Shown here: positions 27,385 through 41,447 of the stretch, piece by piece
Numbering within the stretch: position 1 is the stretch's first letter
Layout: every line of letters begins with the position of its first letter
From: Trichoplax sp. H2
Lineage: Eukaryota
DNA: 64,000 nucleotides
Assembly: GCA_003344405.1 (NCBI GenBank)
Contig: NOWV01000184.1
Coordinates: forward strand, 62,001 to 126,000
Direction: 5' to 3'
Position numbers and translations under genes: made by a program
The notes under the pieces: model-generated
The model's input: only the letters and a program-made list of their open reading frames with translations
The model's database searches: none
What the model was told of the DNA's origin: nothing

Positions 27385-30283
27385 GCAAGACACTGCAATA
27401 GCTACGATAGGGAAAGAAATATCTTTGTAAACATTACTTAGCAAAATTATCTATGAATAATCTAGTTCCTGTATCTAAGAATTGCTAGTCCAAAGATGAA
27501 ATACCACCCTAAACCGATTCTAAAAATATTGACAGTATATTTAAAATGCGGAATCAATAATGGCAAATCTGTAAGTTAGAAAGAGGTGCAATGCAGAGCA
27601 TGTTTGAAAGTATTGACAAGATTCTATGCAAAGAATCAATGATGAATTGATAAGTATTAATCAGAATGAGTTCTTTCCCGTTGAATTATAGAATTGTGTA
27701 GAGAATGGATTTTTGACCCCTAGGGTTTGCAATCCACTGAATCAAAGTTTGAGTTTTTAAAATAAAATAGAAGTATACGGTTTCATCATACCAGCCATCA
27801 TCCTTAATCAATGACTATATTAAGCATAATCGACTATTTTATGTCACACAATGCTTACTTCAAATAGGTACTACTGAAAAGAAAGATTTAAAATTTAGTA
27901 GTCTCTGCTTCAAATCACAGTAGATTTTTCAACACGCATTACCCTTGTAATTAGCTGAAAATCACAACAGATTGCTTTATAATATGTTAGTCGAAAGGGA
28001 TACGAACTTTCCTAAATTAGAGTCTACGATCCCGACGATGGTACAAAAGTAAAAAAGTACATTTTGTCTAACTAATAGTTCTCTAGTAAATTAACATTCT
28101 TGTCGCTTCTGTATTACAAGATAGGATAAAATGTTGGCTTAGATCTAATCACAAGACTATAGGGATAACATCTTACAAAAACACGCCATTACTAGATATC
28201 TTTCAAGAAATTCATTTATTTCATTAATCTATTAATCGCTTGGAATAGTTCTATGCCTTAGTATCTAGAATGGCATTAATATCGTGATTGCAACGTCGAA
28301 TTAGATCAAAAGAAATATCGTAGTGTATCAATAGCAATCTTTAAGAATCTAAATAGGCCGATAAACCGGAATATAATAGCTCAGACATTACAAGACTTGA
28401 TTTATTATTGTCGGCATTACTATTTCGTTAACGGCATGATGAAAGAAATCTTCAAGATTAAACTTAACACCTTTTCTAACGCATTGTTGTTGCTACATCA
28501 GCCTATTAACTGATTATGTATAACTTTCGAGCAGCCATTATTAACTAATTCAATTTAGATGTCGAGGTGAAGTTATATTTTAACACATCAATCACAAAAT
28601 CTAAATCAAAATTACAGCTATTGATTTAAATGATTAATGGAATGGTCACTATGACAATGAGTAAATTGAAATGTTATTTAAACATCTATCAGTCGTTTTT
28701 ATCTATTGATAATATATTATTATCACGATCACGTCGAATCAGCTATTAATTTATGTTATTAAATCACATCAATGCATGTTATTTGATTAATTTGATTTAT
28801 AGTCCTTAATGATATGCAAAGTTGTCATAATTAAAATTTCTTTCTAACTGTAAGGCATACTTCCTATTGATAGTCTACTACATCAACAAGAACCATAGGA
28901 TTATTCATATTTATTTATCTACCTGAATTATTTTAATCGTATCACTAGATGATATGCCCGAATAAGGAAAAGGGAGAAAGAAGTTAGTAATAAATTATCC
29001 ATCGGTTAGCAATTAATGCAACAAAAAAGTTTCTGCTACTCTTCTTAACTTAATATCAAAATAATTCGCTTGAAAAATTAGAAAAAGATATTGCTAGACA
29101 ATGCAGTAATGGATCCTAAAAATGAGTTAATTACTTGACTGGATTACTTAGTAGTATGATAAGATATAAATAATCCCAAAGATAAGAACATGTTGTTAAT
29201 AAATAGAAAATTGTTTGATTATTACTAACGGTACATCAATTAGCTAACTTACCTTGACTTGATGTTCCATTCAATCTATAGGTTCTACTGATTTCAGTTA
29301 TCTTTAAATACATAAATAAACACTTATTCAACTTTACTAAACAATAAGTTGAAATAATCAATAGATTTGATCGGAGTATAATAATTTATTGTTTACTTTT
29401 TTATAGCCAATCTGAAGCAAGAAATGGCTATTTAGCCACTACCTTCTTCTTTATCAATTGCAATTTGATGAGTTGTACGTTCCTTGTAGCTTTGACGATA
29501 GTAATTAATACAAGGCTAATTGGCGTTATAACAATTGCTTTTGTAAGTGTTTAATTATAACAAACTATTCTGAGGTTAGCTATAAAACACCGTTGTTAGC
29601 GTTGATTGATAATCGCATCTAAAGACCACATCAACAGTGAGGTATGGTTATCATTATGACATCTTAAGCGCTGAAAAAGTATCGCTATTAATTAACTTAC
29701 TTTAAATTATTCATGAAGTGTGCTCAACGTCTTGAATATAGTGCAACAGGTTTCCATTGGGGTGGATTATCATCCGAAAGTGCAGTCACGAAAATTTTTT
29801 ATTAAAAACTCAATCATTGTTTAACAAACACCAGTGATATTTTGTCTAGTTAAGTAGATCAAATTAGTAATTAAAGTCGCTTATCTAATTGCTAACAACG
29901 ATCAAGGCAAGAACCTGTAAAAGGAAAGCTATGCTATAATTGCATGTCGCGTATTTATGTCTAGGTTTGTAATCATGAAAATCAGTCTCTTTCCTCTGTT
30001 GTTAGCATTTATTACCTCGAATCTATTATTTTTAAACGGTTATCTTACTTAATCTGTACTTCGTTTGTTTCTATATTTTAACCAACGCTAAATATTGATT
30101 TGTTTATACTAAAGGAGCCTATACAAAAAAAAAACAATTTTTAACGATAGTAAAGTGAATATAAGAAGTTAATCGTATTCGATATATAAGATTACTTTCG
30201 ATCATAATCTAACTATTAATAATTAAGATATATCATTGATAAATGGTTATTAATAACGTCAACAGAGAAAATTATATAGTATA

Positions 30284-32385
30284 ATGGGCAATAAAGTCAG
30301 CAGTAGTCACCGCAAGTATAAAAGTCAAGACGTATTCGACGCCCACGGTGGCGGTATTAACGCCATGGAATTGAATTACAATCATAAATATTTAGTCACA
30401 GCATCGGAGGATCGAACAGTTCGTGTCTGGTCAACTTTAACTGCCGATTTACATTTAATCTTGGAAGGCCATGAGCATTATGTTAGTTGCATTTACTTAC
30501 ACGGCAATTATATCTTAACTGGTTCAGCCGATTCATTAATACACAAATGGAATATCGATACTGGTGAATGCGTTACAACTTTAGTTGGCCATGCTGCCTT
30601 AATTAACGAAATTATATGTTGGAATGATTGGATATTTTCTACCTCTTACGATAGCACTATACGTTGCTGGCATTTTATAGATGGCTCGTGTGAATTTGTT
30701 CTGCAAGGCCATACGAGAAGTGTTGATCCTATTGTTATAGTCCCAAATATAGTAATAGATTCCCGTAGCCTTGATCTATTGGCTACTCGTATGCTTATTA
30801 CTGGATCGGCGGATAAAACTGCTAAATTATGGGATTTACAGGCAGCCCAAGAAGTCGTTACCTATCAAGGTCATAAAGCAGCAATAATTTGCTTAACTGT
30901 AGATCATAATAACAAGTACTTGTATACTGGCTCATCGGATGCTACATTACGATCTTGGGAAATATATACGGGACAGCCAATTACCGTTTTCAAAGGGCAC
31001 GTTGCATCCATTACATGTGTCAAGGTAAAATTAAATATCCATCATTAAAATAATAAGTATTGAAATATGGTAAGGTGTATAGAGTAGATTGATCGTTGAC
31101 GGTTTCTGAATATATCTAGTAAAATCTACTTCTTGTAAATAGAGGTAACATTGATAGGAGCCTATTATTGCGTTTATTTTTAAAATTTTTAATTAATAAT
31201 TATGTTGCTATATAGATGATAAACAACTTTCTATTTACTGGTAGCGCTGATCATACAACTCGATGCTGGCTAAGCAACACTGGATCTTGCCATAAAGTCT
31301 ATAATGGACATACACACAAAATTTCATGCCTTGATGTAGATAGAAATATTCGTAAGTTTCGATACGATAATTTCACAGCTTCAGATAGAAACATTTAAAA
31401 TACTCGATGTGATCCTGTGAATTAAAATCAGTATTTATATAGCAAATCGTTCTATATATTATAACGTTCTTTGACCGAAAAATTTACGAAAAATTTTATA
31501 AATTCTTTTATTTAATGAACTGCACAAAATTTATCAGTTCTCACTAATAGCTAATAACAATTGATATTTTAAACTATTATATTCATTACCGCATGACTTT
31601 TAAGCTAGCATCATCATCAACGAATAAATCAATTAATTCACGTAGTGTTACTATAACGGAATTAAACAAAAGAAAACTAGAACTTGATATATGATTATAA
31701 TCATCTATTTACGTGTATAAAGTTTCTTTTTCACAATTCAAATTTCTAAAATATTTCATTTGCTGCTATTATTTGCTACTTAAGTCTTCACTGGCTCTGC
31801 CGATAATACCATTCGTGCTTATGATATTGATTCCGGACGAGTTATTGGCATATTAAAAGGACATTTATATGCCGTAAAATGTCTTAAGGTAAAATTATAA
31901 TATTACCTAACTAAACTAACGACATGCTAAAACACAAAGATATGTAGCAATTATTTATTGCGGCTGATGTTGGACATCAAATTTGATTCATTATCTTCTT
32001 AGTATGCCTTAAAAAAGAAACAGGAGTAAGGAAATATTATTAGTATTATTAGTATTAGCATTACTATTATTGGTATTATTAATTATGAGGTAACGTTAAA
32101 CTAAAAAATAAAGCTTTATGCAGTATATTTCGAAAATTCATAATAATTCATCATTATCATATGATTTCTAAGGCTCTCATCAATAATTTGAGGCAAAGTT
32201 ACCATACCTCGATCGTTTATTTAAGGCATTTGAAATAGCTCTAGGAATGTTCCAAGTATGTTTCTAATACATATTCATAATACTATTTTCTGATTGTATA
32301 GATCTATAACAATACTTTATACAGTGCATCTGAGGATGGAAGTATACGATCTTGGAATATTCGAAAATTAAATTCTTATCGATAA
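30284..32385 (+). CDS. WDR86: WD40-repeat protein, WDR86-like, 4 exons, ~354 aa
   Basis: Exons 30284-31024, 31216-31351, 31785-31888, 32302-32385; total 1065 nt in frame. About 8 GH...WD repeats. The first repeat, AHGGGINAMELN...LVTASEDRTVRVWST, resembles WDR86 (recalled as DHRGGINWLSLS...LLTGSEDGTARLWST). Confidence 0.8.
32035..32086. repeat. Low-complexity (TATTAG/TATTAT)-type repeat in WDR86 intron 3
   Basis: tattattagtattattagtattagcattactattattggtattattaattat. Confidence 0.5.
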
Positions 32386-34624
32386 CTATAACCTTGATAG
32401 CTGCAAAACTATTATCATTATTTTTGCAAGATTAAATTCACATAAAAAAACCTTCCTCAATTAATGGTGTAGGAATTGATTAAAGAGTTCATTTAAATAT
32501 TTCTGACTGAGATTATTTAATATATTTGTTAAGGACTTAAAACACAATTCATCCGACTTTAATTATAATCATTTAATTATTTATGCAGGTTATAAACCTT
32601 TTTCAATGATGTTAGTTGCATAGCGCTAATGAATAATTGATGTAATACCGATATCAGAAATTGTTATAATATACTATTTCAATATAGATACCGTAGCATA
32701 GCAAATAATTGAATACCATTTAATATAACATTAAGATTTTGATTGCACAATTTATAATATTATAGACTACGCTAGTAGTCTATGGTTCATTCTATTATAA
32801 TTGCCCAAATGAAAAAGATATTTATAAGCAGAAATATATTTAGATATCTATCTTCAGGCAAATCATTTTGTAAACTCATAATGAGCTTGTAATGACTAGT
32901 TTACTTGTTTTAATGGTATCATTTAATTAAAATAAAATGATATTTTTTTAGATGTAGGTACAATATCCGTTCTATCCATGCTGATTTCGATTTTTATTAG
33001 CATACGTATACAGATTAATAGCTACGGTACTAATGCATTCATATTTTCAAGTTGTAATGATATACCCTAAATAAAATCAAAATGACTCATATTTTTATAA
33101 AGCTATTATTAGTCTTAAATTCTACCTTGCAGCTTCGATTACTATTCAAGTCATGCATAGCATGAATATATTGTTTATTATGCATTACTTATTCAAATAT
33201 ATCATAAAATTAGAAGTCCTTAATGATAATTCACTGCTAGTTGTACTGAATTCGTGAGTAATTAGTTATCCAAAAACTAGCTTCAAAATCTATATATTGG
33301 TAGAACTTTCTATCGATATGTAGATCAAATATGATATGTTACCGTACTATTTTATTTTCAAAATCGAATTCTTTTAGTCTTCATTCAATTACGGGGTTAA
33401 AATTTGTACTGCAAAAGTTATCTGTTCATAGGTACCAAGAGCGAGTTCATTGAAGATTAATTAATAGAAAGTCACATAATAAAATTTATTCTTTCAAATT
33501 TGTCATAAAGAGGAAGCAAAATATGTTAAAATATAAATATTCATCTAAAAATATCGCATCTTCAACATATGCCTCAACACATATGCCTTATTCATCAGTA
33601 ATCTAGGATTACTTCGAAAAAATCGGTTGTTTGACAAAATAAATTCGCTAGTGAAAAAACACTGCAAGTGTTTGAATACGTTATAAACAGTTCCAACACA
33701 AATATAAACAGCACGAATAGAGTGAGGCAAGAATGAAATCATTTCAAATAATAAGCTTTCGATACTACGGGATATTATAAATTAAAAAACTTGATATAGC
33801 AATCTGCATTATTTGTTTAAAGAATTTTTAGTGTATCTCATATTTCAAAGTTAACTTTACATTATGAAAACAGTCTTCGCTGATCGAATAAAAATATAAC
33901 AGGGACAGCAAGCAAAACTTACTAACAAAAAATTTTACTTTTAAGGCAATTTTGAACTTGTGAAGCTATATCGCCTTTAAAATTATGCTGTAACTTGGAT
34001 ATAAAAAATGAGTATTATACATATAGAAAAAATTTAAGTTTTACCGGATTAAAACAGAGTTATTAGTAATAAATTCATTCAGAATGAAACTAATTCTAGC
34101 TGACACTTTAACATCCATGATATGAATGAATGAATAAGAAACCATCTTGAAATGCTACATAAAGCCGATTTTACCAGCTCATTTAAAAGAATGATAAGTT
34201 TTCTAGGCTAAACAATGTAAGCTATAAATATCTACTCTAATTGCTGAAAACAATTTCTATCGTGTAGAAAATTTTAGTGATTAATCATTATATATAGCTA
34301 AAGCATGATCGTGGTAGGATATATTCATTTATGCGATTGGAAAGCCATCTAATAGAAATCTATTCTAGATAATTAAGCTCTATATAATCTGCATTTACTA
34401 TTTAGATATCAAAAAAAGTCTGTAATGAAGGAACAATTTCCAATTTCTATCTATAACTTGAACGATCTCTTATTTCGATTGAGTAATAGCTGAACTGAGG
34501 CATTGCTAACATAAGATCTCGGATTGCCTTTAATTTCTTATAAACTATTATGGACGTATTGGTACTATCGGTCTACTGGAATATCAGTATTTAAATATTA
34601 CGCATGTAGCCATCATCATGGCTA

Positions 34625-37600
34625 TCACGAACTATCTGGTTTTAAAACCGAAACTTGCAGTGACGGTCTACGTGCTTTTCTCCTTAAAGTAGCAGGTATA
34701 GGAGAACCTGCAGACTGTATATTTCTTGCTCCGGTTGATGACGATTTCAATGGACTATCATAGCTAGCCGCAGTTTCTGATCTATAGGGTGCGTCGCTAT
34801 CACTGTCCTCACTTAGAGCAATCGATTCTTGAAGTTTCGACGTTGATTTCATTTTTGCTTTAAAAACAGAGATCTGCTGTTCTAATGGAGTAACTGGCAT
34901 ACTACTGCGTCTTCTGCGTGACTGTTTAGCTGCTTTTGCTACACTAGGATCTTTTTTCGTGTCTTGGCTAACCAGACTAAGAGCGGCCTTATTTCTGGCA
35001 TGGATAACAGCCTAAGATAGAAAAAATATCAGTAATAGTTTATCAAAGATTTGCCATTTAGTAAATTATCCATCTGCAGTATAATATAGCGATTCTCAAA
35101 CTATTAAACACACATTTTAATTTTACTATTTCTTAAATCTAAACCCATCGCTTTTGCAATTTAGACTCTATCTACAGGATTTATTGTCAACAACCTGCCT
35201 TTAATAACTCAAATTTTAGCAATTACGCCAGTACTATAGTATATGAAAAATAACTATTGATGTGCTCTGAATATGTTTAAATTATGTCAGTAGGATTGAA
35301 ATTTAGATTATTTCCTACATTTAAAACATAACTATCTAAAATGCGGTGGACATGAGGCAAATTATTCTTTAGCATTTTTAAAAACTAGTTTGCGTTTAGC
35401 AACATCTAACATAACTTACAACATCCCTACCAAATAATTGATTAATTGTATTTACCTGCAGAGTTTTTCGAGCATAACTTCGACTTGTTTCCTATAAATA
35501 TTTTTACGAAATAAATAAATTACTTTTAAATTTCTAGACGATACATTTCAATAAAGTACTATGATACTGAAGGGTTGATCAAGATATCGCGATAATCATT
35601 AACCTGCTTCTGTTCACTATCGGTTTTAAGACGAACTAATTCATCGCACTTTTCCATCAAACGTTTTCTGAAATCGAAATAACAACATGATTAATCCTTT
35701 AGCTAAGCAATCGATTTCTAGAGTAAAACTACGATAGTAGTAATTTGCGAGATATAAATCGATAAATCGTATATCTAAATTCGCGATATGTATTCTTAAT
35801 TACCGAACTAAGGTATTGTCGGCCATTAACGTGTGAATCTTCTGTTTAAATTTCTCTTCAACCTCAATTACCTAAAGATAGGAATATAAAGTATTATTAA
35901 AATATCTATAAGACCATAACGAAATACTATTACTTCGATGGAGTATCGTAGCCGGTGAAACTCTGCTAAGAAGATAAGCTACTATAAATTTTCTTCTGAG
36001 ACAAATTGTTTTTTGGTTAAAGATTTATGATCGTACTTTTTTCGAAAAGTCTTTCAGTTTATACTTAACTATGATATCCTTGCATGGGAAGTTTATTTAA
36101 TAAGACAGTAATTTATGAGATTACTATTGAAAGTTATAGCATTAATGGAGATGTGTAGTAAAGCTACTCGATTAATGTAAGAGGGCTATGAGTTAAGTAT
36201 GACTTCAAAAGCGATAAAGAATCTGTTCAAAGACTTCGAATTTTCATAACTGTCAAAACAGACCTTTTCTTGAAAATTATCTTCGTAGCCTTTTAACTTA
36301 GTCCTCTATTAATAGAATATGAAAAGTTGGATTTGACATTGTAGTTATATGTTAGATTTTCTATGAAGAGATTGAACTTTTATAAAATAATTTCTACGTA
36401 TCTCTTTCTCTTTCCTATACTTACCGATTCAACTACTTGACTTCGTAGCTTAAAAATTTGATCCTCAGCTTCCCGTAATTTACTATGTAATTTGAGGCCT
36501 TCATTTTCAGTATCCTTTATAAAACAAGAGATTTAAATTTCTTGTAGCATACGTTGTTACACCATGATGTTTTCTATAATGCTAATCCATGCTATTTTAA
36601 GCTACAATTCTATATATAAATTGGATGGATATGTAAAGCCAAACTCCTTACTACTATCAACGTTTAATAAAACTTGCCTCCAGTTTTAACTTTGTGGTTC
36701 GCAGTTCTTCCATAACAGCGGTTGCTTTTGCAAACTTTCGAAAAAGTGCCTGTATACCATTTGAAAACGGAACAAAATTAAAAACAAGCCGTTAAGAATA
36801 AGAAGTTGTCTATGGTATGGTAAAACTAGTAACTACCGGTATGCAATAATTAACCAATAATTACCTCTAATTCAGCCTTATGATCATGGCGAACTGCTTC
36901 TAACTCCATTTTACCCTGTCTAGCTAAAGTTGCTAGCTCAGTTCGTTTCTCTTTTGTCAGTTCTTCCTCTATAGGGTTATAGTAAAATTATTAAACTACC
37001 GTATTAAATTATATGATTCTTAATTGAGATTTGAAGACTGTATAAAAGCGATTTAGGGACGACATCCTTGGCATTATGAACTTGCTGGTTATAGTTTTAT
37101 GATTAAAAATTTACTTTGTCTGGCCAGTTCTCGTTCCACTGTTTGCCGTTCATGCTGTTTTAATTCAATCTATTAAAAGTAGATATTAAAAGCGAATGAA
37201 TTTAGCACCGGTAAACTATACTTTTGATATCAGTCAATAAAGGGACTGTCAGGTCATTATTATCCGATTTCCTAAATCAAATATAATAAATGCATTTAAA
37301 AATCTAATAGTACCTCTCTCTTTGTCCACTTCTCATCCATTTCTATCGATATTTGTGTCTAATTAAAAATTCACAATCCGATTGTTAAACTACGACCCTT
37401 TTGCTATGGATTATAGAATTATACTTTAGCAAGAAATAATTAGCTACTGACTTGTACTCGTATTTATGACATTTTATTCTAATCTACCTTGTAGCTGTCA
37501 AAAGCAGCTTGCAGGAATTGCCGTTCACTTTTAATACTTTCTAAAAGTTATAAAACAAAGGTAATTTGTAAACACAAATCGGTGTTATTCGATCTCTGTT

Positions 37601-39991
37601 GGCATTAATTACCGCATCGTCTCATAGCTACAAGGTAAAATAATTATTGGCTGATACAGAGTTTTTATGACGAATTAATAAATTATATAGCGACTTCTAG
37701 ATTAATTATATATTATCGTTGAAATGTAAAGATTACGTAGTATAGAAGGTGTGAGAAAGACAACCCGACAAATAATCACCTTTATACATAGACTTTATTT
37801 TTGTCGTATAAGACGTCTGCAGATACAGTATTTCTTGTATCGATATAAATTTTACACTTACCAATTTCTTCTTTTAGAGTTTTCTCTAAATCGTCCATCT
37901 GAAATTAAAGAAATGCATTTAATCTCATCCTAATGATTCGGAATAACATAGTCTTATGATTTCATATTTCAAACTATATCGTCATTCTGCACAGTGGTTA
38001 TCAATGTACATATACTTTTTAAAATATATCTTACCTCTTTAATATGCTGTTCTTGTACTGTTTGTAAAGTTTTTTCCGACTGTAGCTTTAAAACTCTAAG
38101 AAAAATAGAATAAAACATATGTATGTTAAGTATGATGAAAAAATAAAATTCGTTTCATATAGCTATTCAAAACCATAGCATATCAGGATACTTATTATTA
38201 AGGGGCAATTTAAATGGTGAAAATATAGTATGTAAAACTACTAATTGAAAAATCATTTATTAGTTAATATAGTTGTAATTAGGGTTAATCTTCGTACAGA
38301 ATGTCGTCCTCATGTTCTAATTTTAATTTCGATTTAACTTCATCAAGTCGTAATTGTGCCTAAATATAATTAATCAGAGCAAAATTTAGATATACTGATT
38401 CAAAGTGCTGGACAATTACAATAAACTATAGTGATCGCTGTATTTCGCAAGTCCAGATATTTACTTACTTCTTCTAATTGAACATCTCTTGTTCTTCTTT
38501 CTTGCTCCAATAGTAGATTGAGCTCTGAAACTTGCTCTTGTAACTCAATCATTAACTTTTCACTAAGAAATTATTAAGGAAATAATTAATTTATTACGTT
38601 ACTCCTCTCATTATCGATTTTAGTACTACTAGCAACGGCTTAACTGTTGTGTATATTTAATTGTAAGATAATTATCGTATTCTTTTACATAAAAAAGTTG
38701 TTGCTAAAACTATACTTAGCTAAAGTTGCGACTTACTTTTCGATAAAGGAGACATGCGAAGTATACTGACGAGCAGATGTCACAGGACTGGATTTACGTT
38801 CCTCCTTTCGATCAGTTACCGGTATATCAGTTGGAGAATCACGATCATCTTTTAAATCTGGACTATTATAGAAATATTTGGGTTGTGCTGACAATGATCT
38901 GAACGACTGAAAGAAAGGAGAAGAGAGTGAAGGTTTGGCTTATGATAGAAAATAAGAATAGATCCGGATGTAAAATAACTTGGTCCAAGGCAATTGCAGA
39001 TTAGCAATCTTCAACTTTTATCTTAGTTACATGGAAAATGTAAAAGTTTTATTCCCCTATAGATTACCTTGCGCTCTTGTGGTTCAGATTTACCAAAAAA
39101 TTTATTAGAATCAATAGTAAATTTCCAATATCTATCTTCTTTCGATAAAGTGTAGCCTTTTCCAATAACAGTCTAATTAAAATAATAAATTTAGTTAAAA
39201 ATAGTTAACGCACGTAAAATTTTTAATTTAGAATTTTGCATTGTTGTTTGGTTTAAAATTTTTCAGGATAAGCTAACATTAGAAGAATCGGTAGGCTCAC
39301 AACCTTGTTAAATTGTGGATAATTTATCTGGCGTTTTCGGGGATATGTAGATGATAATGGTCTTCGTACGGGTGATTCAGCAAAGCGGCGACACCTTAGT
39401 TTGATGGTGCAATGTGATCTAAGTTAATTTCTAACTACTTTATTTACAGATAATTCAGTGGAACTAGTTCACTCACTGCGCTTTTGCTGTATGAGGTCTA
39501 GACGGAATAGTAATCGTCTGATCTTCGCCAAAAGTAACTCGTGAAGAAGCTGTTGATGGCCTAAATTATTTAAATTCAAGCAGAACGATTAAATAATTTT
39601 GACAAAGAGTCTATGATAAATTAAAAGTCTACATACACTTATTCAGAATTTGAAGCTTTAATAAGCTGTCATAAGTAAATTGATTAAGAAACATGTTGCA
39701 GTTTTTAGTAATGTAGCTACCGTTATTATCAAGCTTAGTTAATAAAGATTTTATTACGGTGCTGAAAGTAACACAGTGCATCATTTACGGTAAACAACTA
39801 GACCTAAGGACGGCCTTCCTTATCGTCCATTAGTAAATTACGCACTGATACCTAACAGTATAATTCGCTTACCTTGCTCTACCCTTATCCGAGGAATTAA
39901 GTAAAATTGATTTACTTATAATCGGTGACTTGCTGCCCATACCCGAAATAGACAAGACTTGAGGGGGTTCAACGACCACGTTAGACGCCAT
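34625..39991 (-). CDS. FLACC1: Flagellum-associated coiled-coil protein (FLACC1/ALS2CR12-like), 20 coding exons, ~620 aa
   Basis: Exons 39991-39873, 39560-39477, 39418-39304, 39172-39068, 38906-38737, 38562-38469, 38359-38298, 38095-38035, 37898-37862, 37540-37488, 37358-37314, 37169-37115, 36968-36865, 36749-36678, 36514-36425, 36305-36264, 35871-35804, 35667-35604, 35491-35456, 35011-34625; total 1863 nt in frame with one GC-AG intron. Blocks IGKGYTLSK, ELQEQVSELNLLLEQ, FDSYKTQISIEMDEKW and VEEKFKQKIHTLMADN...RLMEKCDEL follow the same order as recalled FLACC1 blocks (VSPGYQL, DLEEQISELTAIIEQ, YQDSIYDEMEEKW, TEEKYKHTIQILTEEN). Confidence 0.75.
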
Positions 39992-40592
39992 CTTTTAATT
40001 TGCCTTTCTAATATTTTATTTCAGTGAAATAAAATGGCAATATTTATGCTGTGTAGTTATACTAAGAATTATCAGTTGCTGGTATTAGAAATAGTAAGGG
40101 CTTGATCTTATCTGGATCTAAGCTCTTTAACGCAGGTAAAAAGTTATTCGATCATCAGGTCCGACGGTTTGCAGCGCACCTAAATGAATTAATTCATGAC
40201 ATTAATACAGCTTAAACTTATTTATTAAATTCAGATCACTGTTACACCACAAGCTATTAGTACAGTACAACTAAAGGAAAAATTAATTACCTCAACATAA
40301 CTTTATCATATTTAGATTATAAATAATTTAGCGGCTTTTAGTTCTGTGTGTGTATAGTTACTACAGAGCAAGAAACTATCCAATAGTGACCATCTTGCAG
40401 AAAGATATTTTCTTATTCTCATGTACTTGTTTAGCATAGAAGCCTTAGTAAATTCATACTATGCTATATAATCAATTCGTCAATTATAAACCACTACACT
40501 AGTGATAGAAAGGATGTATTGTTCATAGACTCTTTATGGTCAGCTATATAATAACGGCAACATTGACAGTAAACAGCTTTAATTCGGATTCA

Positions 40593-40606
40593 GTTGCTAT
40601 AGCAAC
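40593..40606. promoter_or_regulatory. RFX X-box, perfect palindrome GTTGCTATAGCAAC, upstream of the FLACC1-like gene
   Basis: Fits the 14-bp X-box consensus GTHNYY-AT/TA-RRNAAC. It lies ~300 bp upstream of a 5'UTR donor at 40290 on the minus strand. An extra GGCAAC half-site is at 40556-40561. Confidence 0.7.
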
Positions 40607-40711
40607 AAAGTGCTGTAGGTCATGATAGCCAATTAATCCAATCGTATAGTTTATACTATAGACTTGCTATCGAATCTCTGTTGTCCTTATATTAATACAC
40701 TACTATAGCAA

Positions 40712-41447
40712 GCGCCATTACTGACGTAACGGAATATCTTAACTTGCAGAAGTAACTATTTCTTTTAGCAATAATCAGCTAGATAGCAGATACTCGATAT
40801 TCATATTTAAAATTTTAATCGTTTAGTCGTAGAACTAGCTAACTTAATATCGCTCTAGGAGTCAAAATATGACAATTGATTAGCAGCAAAGTTGTAATTA
40901 TTTACCTTGAATGAGTGCTATCCTTATCTAATCAAGTTTAGTACACGTCATGTAGGCCAACGAGATAAAATAAATACAAAATTGCAGAATAAGATGGATA
41001 CAAACGGCATTCGGTTTGGAAAGTAGTCTCACATAGATATTTTTCGTAATTATCTTTGATTCTATTCAATATTAATGCACTACTAAAGTAAGTACCGGCA
41101 TCATTTCTGACGTCGCTGAATATATTAGCTTACAGAAGTGATTACTTCTTTAGCCGTAAAGAGCTTGATGACAAATACTCGATATTCATGATCGAAATTT
41201 TAATCATTTAGTTGTAGAGCCATCTAATTTAATATCCCTGTAGAGTCAGAACATGACGCTTAATTTTAAGTAAAATTGAAATTATTGACCTTGAATGAGT
41301 GCTGCTCTTTAATAAGTTTAACACACGCCATACTAGGCGATGAGATAACATAGATACTAAACTGCAGGTCAGAATGGATGCTAACATCATTATGATTTGG
41401 AAAGTAGTCTCATATAGGTATATTTCATGACAATCTATGATTCTATT
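40712..41447 (+). repeat. Diverged tandem duplication, two copies of a ~385-bp non-coding unit
   Basis: Shared anchors at near-constant offset: ctgacgt 40721/41107, tactcgatattcat 40791/41176, accttgaatgagtgct 40904/41288, aaagtagtctca ~41019/41401, tgattctatt 41057/41438. Confidence 0.85.

Noticed and set aside
37780-37816. Extra candidate exon within the FLACC1-like gene
   Set aside because: Phase-incompatible with the upstream exon (gives a stop) or needs a ~28-nt intron; 37862 splices cleanly to 37540.
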